A stretch of DNA of 64,000 bases, taken from assembly GCF_037042905.1 (NCBI RefSeq), contig NC_087251.1:9240001-9304000 (forward strand), written 5' to 3'. Below are positions 13,262 to 25,400 of this stretch, piece after piece. Below the pieces are notes generated by a model. The model was not told the origin of the DNA. It searched no databases and was given only the letters and a program-made list of their open reading frames with translations. Source of the stretch: Lytechinus pictus (Eukaryota). Positions within the stretch are counted from its first letter, which is position 1. Every line of letters starts with the position of its first letter. The translations under genes and the position numbers were made by a program.

Positions 13262-13657
13262 TATAATTATCTGTATCGTACCCTCTCTCTCTCTCTTTCT
13301 ATCTCTCTCTGTCCTTTCAATTGCATCACGACTATTTAATTCACTCATTTACGTTTTATATTCGCTTATTCACCCAAGTAGCTAGCAAGCAATATTTTGT
13401 GTATAAATTGTACATCCACCTCTTAACTTGTTATATTATGATATCCTTTGTTTTAATGTGCAATAATTATTTGGTCAAGATATTACTGAAATGGTTTTGA
13501 TTTTACTCTTTCTGTTTTTAAAGATATTACTGTTGTAATTTGACATTTGACATTGGCACACACTCAGTGGCATAAGAATAAACTGCAAGATGCGAAACAT
13601 TGTAACATTTATGCCGGGGTTAGCGTTGGATGGTTCCGCTTCTAACTTTTCATATTG

Positions 13658-13798
13658 GTATAGCTTCTTTGATTTTTCTCGGGATTAAATTTCGTTGTTT
13701 TTATTTTTTCATTGCGTACCTAGGGAATAAAGGGCAAATGACAAAATGAAAAAAAAAAACCGAAATTTTAATCCCGAGAAAAATCAAAGAAGCTATAC
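13658..13798. repeat. Hairpin-type inverted repeat or very small MITE
   Basis: gtatagcttctttgatttttctcgggattaaa pairs perfectly with tttaatcccgagaaaaatcaaagaagctatac; the arms extend imperfectly inward. Confidence 0.85.
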
Positions 13799-14454
13799 AC
13801 GCTGCAGTGACTTTTTTTTAAATAAATGAGTTCTTATGTTTATGCTTATGGAAGTATATGGGTTTTAAAAAGAACTATTCTATGTACGCACATTATGTTG
13901 TTCTGATTGAATCATTCAATAGTGTGAATTAAATTATTCAATAATATCGCTTTGTATTGATTGTTTTTATTTCTAGTAATAACCAAGTCTTAAATTATCT
14001 TATTGTTTGCAAGGAAAGATTTCCTCACTTATTCCCAAATGTATTTCAATACTTGTGAATTAAACAATGTTTCGCGATTTCAAGAATTTTTTGGCCAATC
14101 GTTTAATTTGAATAATATTTGGATGCGTATCCAACCCATTCTCTTATTAAGCGCAACAATAATTAATGCATAAAATTATCATCTTATGTAAAAGGGAAAT
14201 ATACAGAATATAGTGAAATATAAAATGTAGCATCAATAATTTATAAAACAATGGAAAGATATGAGAGAAGAAGGATAGAAAGGAGATAAGAGAATGGGGG
14301 TTCTGTGGAATTAAAGGAGAGAGGGAATGAAAAAAAAAAGGTGCAAAGAGAGAAGAAAAGAAAGAGAAAACGCGAAATGGAGTGGTGTGAGGGCGTGTGC
14401 ACGTGTGTGCGAATTATCATCATAATCAAATTATGTTTCTTCCCTGATGACAGT

Positions 14455-16323
14455 CCCAAAAGACGTTTTTAAGGAAATAGAAAAAATTTCTTTTAATTTT
14501 ATTTGGGGATGAAGAGATAGAATAAAACACAAGGTTCTATATCAAGACTATTCTGTTGGAGGACTGAGAGCTCCAAATTTTGAGGTCTTTGTTAAGACCC
14601 AACGAATAATGTGGATTAAACGTTTGCTAGACGGAGGGAAAAGTTCGGGTTGGAAAGCAACCTTCGAATATTTTTTAGCTCTTTAGGTGGTCGAATCATA
14701 TTTCTGTGTGATTATGATACGAGTAAAATGAATTTGAAAGGTATACCATTATTTTACATAGATATGCTGAAGGCATGGCACGAATTGGATAAGTGTAGAC
14801 ATTTTGGAGGGAGACATTTTTGAAATAACAAGCGTATATGCCTCAATAATAAGACCTTTTTTTATATTGAATTATTTCATAAAGGTATAGTTAAGGTCTC
14901 GGATATAATAGTTGGAGGTCAATTAAGACCAGTTTCATACTGGTATAATCTGAAATTTTCATCTGAAAACTTGCTCAAAATTCAAAAGATATTTTCAGTA
15001 ATAACAGAAGAGTGGATACAAGGTGATTTTATGGAAATGGATACCGACAATTTTGAAATTCAATTGATGATATGTGGGCATGTTCAGAAACTATGTGATT
15101 TAAAATCTAGACGAATGTATGACCACTTAATCATTGAAAATTTTCAAATTGATTATGTATTTCATGTTACAGATGGGCAATCCGAATATGATTTGGGAAT
15201 GTGGGAACTGAAAGAAGTATTTCTGAGACTGAAATGTGCAATGCTATGCAATAAACAGAGAATGTCAATACAAACAATTACAAGGGGCTGTGTACACGAA
15301 AATGGAACTTTTTAAATTTGGTTTTGAGACATATAATTTGTGTTCCTTTTGTAAAAAAGAAGTTGAGTCTTACCAACATTTATTTTTTTATTGTCCTGAA
15401 GTTAAGCGATTATGGGAAGAGATGAGTAAAATATTTCAACTGAATGAACTTGGCAGTGACAGTTGGAAAACAATTTTCATGGGGATATCTGGAAATACGA
15501 CAATAGTAACTTTAATAAACTGTATCATATTCTTAATTAAATATATTATTTTTAGTTCAAGAAAACAGGGAATATTGACAACCGTACAGAAAGTGACACA
15601 TTTGGAGATATAGAGATACGAAATATCAAATAGCGTTTAAAAAGGGGAAGCTGGGGTGCACTTAAGGAAATGGGAACAAATCAATGCATACCTTTCTTAA
15701 TACTATGGATGTATTGGTTGCTTCATTTTGTTTGTTTTGTTTTTGTTTATTTGTTCAAATACAGATAGTTGTACCAGAGCAGGATGCATCGTGTGTGGGT
15801 GTACGTGTGTAGATGGATGTGTGAGTTTTGTGACGGGGAAGAAGGGGGAGCTGTGGGTGGAGCTGTGGGTGGTGGTGAGTTGAAGTGAGCTTGTGGGAGT
15901 GTCTGGGGAGAGAGATGAGGGGGTATGGGGGTAAGGTAGGGACGTTTTAGGATAATAACCTTCCTCTAATTAACCTTTAAAATAATCTTTTATCCTTTTT
16001 TTATTCTTGTACAATTAATGTGTGCAAAAAAGATTATTTCTATTCTATTCAGGGAAAAAAGTCATCTTTTACAATTTTTTTCTTTTTTTGCCGATTGATA
16101 TGGGTTTTCCCCCTTTGCTTTCACATTGTTATAGAAGAGAAATTTGGCAGTTTAACTTCATTTGTAATCATTTAAAAAATATTTGTAATCTCATTGATAT
16201 TGATATATTCAATTGTTTGTTTATTTATTGTATACATGCAAAGAATCTTTATTTATATGAATTGTGATTGTAAACTTATTGATTTGAAAGAGGAAGAAAA
16301 TAAAATATTATTCAAAAAAAAAA
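14455..16323 (+). mobile_element. 5'-truncated, decayed L1/Tx1-clade LINE (ORF2 C-terminus, 3' UTR, polyA)
   Basis: Broken frames give FNFIW..RDRI, GGLRAPNF, WIKRLL and the cysteine motif CSFC...ESYQHLFFYC..VKRLW. Ends in AATAAA and an A-tract at about 16299-16323. Confidence 0.85.
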
Positions 16324-18105
16324 TCAATGTGTGTTCATGATTAAAAATAAAATGTTAAACTATTACTTTGTCTACTTTACCATAGGCTCATAGTAAAACA
16401 GAATGATGTATAACTTGTGTAGGGTGTGTGTGCGTGTGAGTCCGAGAGAGGGAGGATTCATTGTGAGTAAAGAATCATCATCAAACAATATCACGTGATG
16501 TATGGCTGTAGAGGAGAGAGAGAGAGAGAGAGGAAGATCGTAGAACGGGTTTTCAGCTTTACCATAAAACGATGGATTTTAATTCGCTTGCTTTTTGGGT
16601 GTGAAATAGTTCAACTTAATCCATGTACATAAAAATACGATAAGAATATATATAAAATTTCAAATTATTCCGACATTTATTGACTAAAGAATGCAATGAT
16701 TACATTTTGTGTCATTGGTGATGTGCGATGTAGTGATAAATATATAATTCATATAAAAAGGCCACAACCCACTACACATTATTTATTTACACGTTTTCTC
16801 TAATCAAAATAACTTTATATGATACATACAAAATATGATTTCAAATTAATTTGTATTACATAGCCTATATACTGAAACATCATTGCACAAGTCAAATAAT
16901 TTGAATTCTAGTTAAAACTATTGTGTACATCCTATACACTTAATAAGATAGAGATACGCACAATAAAATAAGGTATCAATAATTGTAACATGACAACATT
17001 TTTCATACATCCCCATTCCTAATAAAAAGGCAATTTATTTGTAATTCTGTGGGATGCAGAGAAGCTTAGATCAAATCTTGCCATTTGTATTTTGTACTTT
17101 CTGTGGGTGTACTCATTTTGGGCGAACCCCAATTATGATTTTAGAATATCTTCAGGCAAGTATATCTGCCATCCAAGTGCAGTTCAGTCGGGTTTATATT
17201 AATAGGATGAGCAATCATTACAAGTATAGTTTATATAATTATTACAAGCGTTTGTTAATTAGTTTCAACTGACAAGGAATTGGACTCCATGCATTGGCAC
17301 TACAGTATACGTTCTTGATAGACCCATAACACTCTAGAGACAAACTACTCGAGTACATCACATTATAACGAATGATAATCCTGAATGATGATGATGCTCA
17401 AATTTTTATGTTCTGCTTTTAAATGTATCAACAGATCATCACGAAGGCAGGGGGCACCAAAACAAATATTTGCTTAAAACGAATGAATGGAACCCCGGGA
17501 GAAATATTATCCACTCAAATAAATCTATTTATATACCTCTAATCATGACAATTTCAAAGCAACCAGATCCACCATATACACAGTAATACAAATAACCGTT
17601 AATCCCTCTTCATTTATTGTTACTAGATAGCACAGTTCGTTGGTTTCTATCTCTCTGTGACTTTTGTCCCAATAATCAAGCTTAGATAATCCACATTGAC
17701 TCCGTTAATCAAGCCTATCCTACAATCACAACAATTGGCAGTAATTGACCATTTACTTACCTTCAAATTTTAAAACATTTTGTGTGTAACATTAATGTAT
17801 GTACATTGTGGGTGTTGTTCTTCAAACCAGAATTCTGTTGTTGGTGGGTGTGTTTGTATGTGTTTTTTTTTTGCTTTTGCTTTTTAATGGGGGTGAAAAA
17901 TAACAACGAGGGGGGCAAGCATTAATGGAGAAGTTGGATTTTGATATCATGCCAATACCCACCTCAGGATAGGCACTGGTCTCATGTTGGTATGACTCCC
18001 CTTGGTATCGGCTATGTCAGTAGGATGGCATTATCAATGCCACCCGAGTCTCGCAGTTGATCATGTTGACATGGGCTATTTATGTGTCGACAATAAAATG
18101 ACACC

Positions 18106-19530
18106 TCTATTTCTTCTTCTTCTTCTTCTTTTCCTTCTTCTTCTTCTTCTTCCTCGTCTTCCTCGTCTTCTGATTTAAATAATCCTAATGCATCTTTAAA
18201 AACATTCAATTCTCCGATTCATTTTGTTTTATCCTCAGTTACTGAGTTATAAAGACCAGTACTATGAAGCCTGGCTAAACTTTTCTTCTTCGTCGTCGTC
18301 GTACTTGTCTTCTTCTTCTTCTTCTCCCCCTCCTCCTATTTCTTCTTCTTCTTCTTCTTCCTCGTCTCCCTCGTCTTCTGTTTTAAATAATCCTAATGCA
18401 TCTTTAAAAACATTCAATTCTCCGATTCATTTTGTTTTATCCTCAGTTACTGAGTTATAAAGACCAGTACTATGAAGCCTGGCTAAACTTTTCTTCTTCG
18501 TCGTCGTCGTACTTGTCTTCTTCTTCTTCTTCTCCCCCTCCTCCTATTTCTTCTTCTTCTTCTTCTTCCTCGTCTCCCTCGTCTTCTGTTTTAAATAATC
18601 CTAATGCATCTTTAAAAACATTCAATTCTCCGATTCATTTTGTTTTATCCTCAGTTACTGAGTTATAAAGACCAGTACTATGAAGCCTGGCTAAACTTTT
18701 CTTCTTCGTCGTCGTCGTACTTGTCTTCTTCTTCTTCTTCTCCCCCTCCTCCTATTTCTTCTTCTTCTTCTTCTTCCTCGTCTCCCTCGTCTTCTGTTTT
18801 AAATAATCCTAATGCATCTTTAAAAACATTCAATTCTCCGATTCATTTTGTTTTATCCTCAGTTACTGAGTTATAAAGACCAGTACTATGAAGCCTGGCT
18901 AAACTTTTCTTCTTCGTCGTCGTCGTACTTGTCTTCTTCTTCTTCTTCTCCCCCTCCTCCTATTTTTTCTTCTTCTTCTTCTTCCTCGTCTCCCTCGTCT
19001 TCTGTTTTAAATAATCCTAATGCATCTTTAAAAACATTCAATTCTCCGATTCATTTTGTTTTATCCTCAGTTACTGAGTTATAAAGACCAGTACTATGAA
19101 GCCTGGCTAAACTTTTCTTCTTCGTCGTCGTCGTACTTGTCTTCTTCTTCTTCTTCTCCCCCTCCTCCTATTTCTTCTTCTTCTTCTTCTTCCTCGTCTC
19201 CCTCGTCTTCTGTTTTAAATAATCCTAATGCATCTTTAAAAACATTCAATTCTCCGATTCATTTTGTTTTATCCTCAGTTACTGAGTTATAAAGACCAGT
19301 ACTATGAAGCCTGGCTAAACTTTTCTTCTTCGTCGTCGTCGTACTTGTCTTCTTCTTCTTCTTCTCCCCCTCCTCCTATTTCTTCTTCTTCTTCTTCTTC
19401 CTCGTCTCCCTCGTCTTCTGTTTTAAATAATCCTAATGCATCTTTAAAAACATTCAATTCTCCGATTCATTTTGTTTTATCCTCAGTTACTGAGTTATAC
19501 AGACCAGTACTATGAAGCATGGCTAAACTC
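18106..19530. repeat. 208-bp tandem repeat, about 6.8 near-identical copies
   Basis: The same short ORF recurs at 18224, 18432, 18640, 18848, 19056, 19264 and 19472 (spacing 208); the unit contains (TCT)n/(TCG)n tracts. Confidence 0.97.
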
Positions 19531-22059
19531 TTCTTCGTCGTCGTCGTCGTCGTCTTATTGTTCTTCCTCGTCTTCCTATTCTTCTTCTTCCTCGTCTTCC
19601 TCTTTCTCGTCTTCTTCTTCTGCATCTTCTTCTTTTCTTTTCTTTTCTTTTCTTTTCATTTTAACCCTCCTAAAAATCCTTCACATGAATGCATCACGTT
19701 TGCGCACCATTCTGTTGCTTAGTTCTGATACTAGATGGAACAAATAAACACCCCTTTCTAAATCAGGGTAATAAACATTAACAAAAGCTCCATCACTGAT
19801 TCGCTTAGGATCGTTAGGTTTTGTGAAATAACGCGCCAGAGAACAGGGGTTAACCTTTTTAAAAGTGTCGCCTTTGAGAACTCTTGGTGATTAGTTTGGA
19901 TGTTTCATTCACTGTTGTGAGCACCAAAAACCCATTTAAAGCACTTTCCCCGTTATTCCACAATCAAAGAGATGATACGTTTTTTTAATCATCATAGCAT
20001 TTTTGTTTTTCAGCAACGTATATCAACAATGCATAAAAAGGCTCTTCATTTCTATATTCTGTTTTACACAATCTTATCTATAACACTATTATGAGATACT
20101 AACTTCATTTTGTCTCAAGTATAAACCCAATTAATTCAGAGTTATATGAAAATTATTATTAACATTAATGTAACAATACATTTTCACGAAAAGACCAGAT
20201 ATCATGAAAGTGATCTCAATTTGGCTTGAATTTACATTATAAGATTACAACAACGTGAACTACAGTAGTAAGTCTTGGACCTGCCAACAAATGGGATTGA
20301 TGGGTACTTTTTAAAGAATAGTGACAGCATAATCCGGGAGCGTAATGTTGTACACCACCATGTCATGCACAGTTCTGTTTCCTTTCATCGTTCATACACC
20401 TATAGGCCTACATGACTGTAAAGCGCCACAAATTTTTAACTGTCCTCTGGTAGAATGGCGGGCTCACCCAAGCGCCATAAAAAGGCAGACAAATTATCAT
20501 CTCCGAAAAATACATGTAAAAAGGTTCCGTATGTCGGGCACAAGGCGTACATATGGGGGGGGGGGGGCTTAGGGACATGGACATGAACCCCCTAAGATTT
20601 TCAACACCAAGCAAATAAAAAGAGAGAAAAGAACAGAAAAGGAAAGGCGAAATATGGTATTATCCTCTGAATATTATGTGAAAATCTATCACACAATTAG
20701 GTTTTAATAGGTCGAAAATTTTGCTCACTTGCTGCTTGTTGTAATTTTTTCCTCATACTCCATACCTGGCCCCTTAAAAATATTGGCTCATTGCGCCACT
20801 TACTTACACGTATATAGGGTACAGTAGCTAACCCAAGTTGCCCATAACTTCTCATAGAGTTTTCGCCCTGCTACGATGGTTTGCAATGAATATATAAGAT
20901 CTATAAAAAATTCTCTATTCTACCAGATAATGTTTAGAAATTGCCCGAGGAACAGTAAAAGATTTGGAGCCACCCATTTCATGGTATGAATCTGATGTAT
21001 TTTTCTTAAAAAGAATGCGTGTATTTTCACTCACTTTTCACTCCACAGTAGTGATGTCAAGAATCACTCAAATTAGAATAAATTCAGAGTAAATAATTCA
21101 AGAACGAACGTTTTTTTTTTAATTCTTTAAATGGTGAAATTCCGTCAAGAACAAGACAGTGAAAGTCTTTTTTAGGGGGTTATGTACAAGTTATAACTTA
21201 TAAATGCCAAAGACTTTGACCGAATTGTGTGATCTCACCCATCTTCAAAAATGTACATCCATGCAGAGTCCTTTTCATTTCAAGTTTGGTTGTCATCTGA
21301 TCAATAATTGAGAGGTTAGTTGTCACAAGAAAATTGTAAATGAATGTTAACATTTATGCAGGATGACGGACGCGTGACGGATGAATGACGGACTGAGATG
21401 ACTCATGATGGTAATGAAGGGGACAAGATAATTTTGTATTCAGCTATGTTACGATCTTTTAACCAAGGTTGGACATCATGATGTCATTTTCAACATTGTA
21501 CTCTCTGTAAGATCTCTCTTTTCCACTGCGCAATAACCCCAGAAATGAAGTGCACGTTTTTCTTTCAAAAATTAAATATTATTATTTTTTCAAACAACAC
21601 CAATTTTGATAAATTGTTCATGTTTGAGTTATATCCGACTATATGTTTTTTTTTTCATACTTTATCCACTTCTGATCCTGTTTGTGTAATATTAGATAAT
21701 AATGTATGTACAAAAAACAAGACATCATAAAAGGAAACAAGTTAATGTTTACAACATGGCGAACAATAATGATTTCGTCATTCAATGTGTTTTTTCAATA
21801 CGTCGATGGACCTACTTGTATCAATGTGAACCACAATGTATCGTGAATTATTGGCCATGGCATGTGGTTGGTCTTGCGTGGTGGGAGGCTTGGTGTTGAA
21901 ACAAACCATTGTCAAGGCAAATGTACCCCTCTGTAGTTCTGAAATGCATGTCTATATTCAGAAATCAAGATTCAGAACCATCGTTTATGTTATTCAATCA
22001 AGAAAAAACTAACCAGCTTTGTGTGATTTTGAATGAAGTCATTTTAAGGCATATATCTT

Positions 22060-22488
22060 TCAGTTATCAACAGGCGGTAAATACCCAACTTGGTTCTTCA
22101 TAGCTCTCCTTGTAGGCTTCATTACGCCCGACGATGATGGTGCCCCTGACGCATCTTGGGAACACGATGCATTCATTTTCTCGGATATTTCAAACTTTTG
22201 AATTTTAGACGAAATTTCGAAAACCCTATCGTCCTTGGTCGTCGAGGCGCCACCCTGTTCTAGGTTATGTTTGTTCTGTAACGCAGAGGTTGAGGCCGCC
22301 TGTGGGATGTCAAGCATGGATGTAGCAGTCGGTAAGCTTGACGCTCGACCTCGTCCACCTTGAGGATTCGTTCCCGAAGCTCCAGTTCGACCACCAAGTG
22401 GTCGATGTCGACGTTCTCCTTGGTCAGACTCATCACGATCAAATGGGTTTTCACCACAACAAAGGAATTGTATGAGAGCATCCTTGAA
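22060..22488 (-). CDS. Opsin1: Opsin coding exon 5 (helix 8 and long C-tail)
   Basis: Acceptor catttactacag|TTC; FKDALIQFLCCGENPF... reads in frame into ORF 22060..22317 and ends NQVGYLPPVDN*. Confidence 0.92.
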   Translation of the reverse strand, partial: FKDALIQFLCCGENPFDRDESDQGERRHRPLGGRTGASGTNPQGGRGRASSLPTATSMLDIPQAASTSALQNKHNLEQGGASTTKDDRVFEISSKIQKFEISEKMNASCSQDASGAPSSSGVMKPTRRAMKNQVGYLPPVDN

Positions 22489-25400
22489 CTGTAGTAAATG
22501 AAAACAAAAGGAATAGAAATTTAGTCGATTGGTCGATAATGCATTGTTAGGTCACGTGGACTAAACATGACAGTTGATTAATCTCCGACTGATCAATTTA
22601 TGTCATCAAGTATATTTTAACACATTCCCTCACATCATTCTGTTTCTTTTTGCCATTAATATAATTTTTGTCATTAAAGATGAATCCAATGACCAAAATG
22701 ATTAATTATATTTTATTACAATGATTTAATAAAGCACCGGTATCAATTATTTAACTAAATAAAAAAGAACTCCCAAAGACAATCACAGAGCATGGTAATC
22801 ATTTTCAAAATCTCACCTGTTTATTTAGGAGGAAATAGATGATTGGATTATGAATGGTACACAGCTTGGCGAAAAAAGGCGGAAAGGTACCGGCCAGGGG
22901 AGTAATAACAACATTTTCCCCAAAGGCAACGTAAAGAGAGAAACCAGAATAGGGTGCCCATGTAATGAGGAAGAAGGTGATCATGATGAAGATCATCTTA
23001 GTAACTTTACGGTCTGCCTTAGCTTCTGACGACATAGCAGCTTGAGTCTGTGATATCTATATCGCAATGAAAAGGACGAATCCGTTAATGAAAATGGTGA
23101 GAGAGATTGATAACCTGGGTAACGAGATATTTTTGTTTAATGGTGGGTTTGATTTTTTAAATAAATGATGTAATTTTCACATTGTTAATTCATTCTACAC
23201 TTAATAATATTATATTGCATTTTGAAAGGGCTACGTAACTTTGTTTAGTAGCCATTCACAAAGTTTCTTATAATTTTCACCTTTTTTTGGGGGGGGGGCT
23301 AGGAGAGACCTATCATATTCTCACACAGGAATGTGATCAATTCATGTAACCCAATGCATTAAGCGTGATATAACACAGTATCTCTGTACATCTATCAATT
23401 CAATTTTAACCATTCATCAAAATCATTTCTTTATTAACATAGTAGCAATGCAACGACGGCAAAATGAATAAATTACTTTTTTGACTGCGTAGACAAGGAG
23501 TCCATAAGAGAAGATGATGATGGTAAATGGGATAACGAGAACCATGACAAAGATGAAGATGATGTAACTAGAATCACCGGGTAAGTTGGAGTTCCAAGCA
23601 ATAGAGCAAGCTAGATGAGATGAAAGAATAAACATAGAGATAAGTTCACTAAAGTTAATGGCATGGTATGTGACAACATGGAAGATAAGAGAAGGATGCG
23701 AGGTTCGCAGGTCAGGAGTTTAAAGAGGGAAAACTAAAAACATCAAAGACAATTATTTTGAAAGGGAGCAGGGAAGATGATAGGAGAATGTGCATGATGG
23801 TAAAGAAGTGGATGATGGAGAGGGAATAGGATGAGAATGCAAAAGACAAAGAATAAATAGATAAGAAGTTGAAAGACGTGATCGGCGGTTATAGCAAATC
23901 TAACGAACGACAATATATGGATGGAAATATTGATCATGCAACCCATTGCAACCTAATTTTGTTTACAATGTATCGCTAACCGAAATATTGTGAAAGTCTC
24001 TTCAAGCAAATAGAAGTATACTGTCGTAGATGGGGCTCTGTAAAATACCTGAATTTATTGCATTGATAAATCAAATTACTGGTAATTTTCGCTCAAATCA
24101 ATGCAGCAACAGATCGATGCAGATGAAAATTTCAAAGAGGTCTGAATGCCAAACAGCATGAAGAATTATGTCAATATCATACCAAAGATATTGGATTTCT
24201 TAAAGACTATAGAATTTATCCCGATGTCTCCAATATTTACTGATTGATTCTCAACATTATAGATCCAACGTTTAATCATATTTAAGGAAAAAATATCTTA
24301 AACATCGATCAATTCGATGAATGTTGTAACTTCAAATTCATATACCTCTTCACTATGTCATTAATTCAGTTATTAAGTTTTCATTGTTTGAATGCAAATA
24401 TTTTGGATTTTTGTTTTATCGTGAGAAATAAATCACTCAATCAATTCCACGCTCGAATTTTATGTGCTAGAAACCTAGAACAGCCGATCAAGTAAAGTCA
24501 ATGTTTTACCTTCTAAATAAGTGTTATCTTCAAAATTTTGATTTAGCACACGTTAGTGCATGTGTACATGGAAAATGAAACATCAGCTAAATTGAGGCAG
24601 TACTTGCTTATAGACATTACTTTTAGACTTGACGTTACTTTGATCCCTTGTTCTTGGCTTCACCTTCGGTAAGCAAAACAAACAGGACAGTTTTAAGTTT
24701 TACACTTTATCATGAGCTAGATGCACTTGACGTGTTGTTTTAGCACTTCAGGTCTTAGAGTGGCAGTGATATGTGTGTGGTTCAGGTTGTTGAAGGAAAA
24801 TGAGAAGTGCATAAACGGCTACAATATGTTTTAAAGAACAATATACGAATGACCTAAATGCCACGTCCACCACCACGACAAGTTGATTTACATTAAAAAA
24901 AACATAACCCTGAAAATTTCTTTATAATCAGATGTAAAATAAAGTTGTTTCATTGTTGTTTGCATATTTTTACCAAACAGTTATGAACAAAAGTATTGAT
25001 TCTTTTAATCATAATTGAAATATGAAAAAATACTCATATAATTCTAAATCATGATTTGACTCAATAAAAACTTTCTTTATTATCAATTCTAAAATATAAT
25101 AATATTTTCTGAAAATACAAACGTAACAATGAAAGTGTGACATTATTGGCTCTCTCATTAATTTTGCATATACCATCTGTGTGTGCATTATGTGTTGTGA
25201 AATTATAAGCAATATTAAAGAATGAAGTATCTTTTTTTATTTCATATCCCATTTCGATGAAATGTTCAGTGTTGTACTGTACATATATTATTTCCTTTAT
25301 CTCTAATGGTATTCTGATGATCGTTTTTGACAGGATGGACTTGAGCCTTAAATAGATTACCCGTTCCTGGTCCTTCATAAGTGTAGCTATTCCATCCGAA

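Noticed and set aside
14971..15613. Possible host zinc-finger gene
   Set aside because: The cysteine motif sits in frameshifted sequence with L1/Tx1 ORF2 motifs upstream and a polyA tail downstream.
18224..19747. Seven repeated Ser-rich ORFs, or a CRISPR-like array
   Set aside because: They are products of the 208-bp tandem repeat and start at TTG. There are no unique spacers or cas genes, and the DNA is eukaryotic.
22260..22481. Alternative-frame 73-aa ORF within opsin exon 5
   Set aside because: The phase-0 junction selects the FKDAL...CCG frame, which matches opsin helix 8. Nothing supports the other frame.
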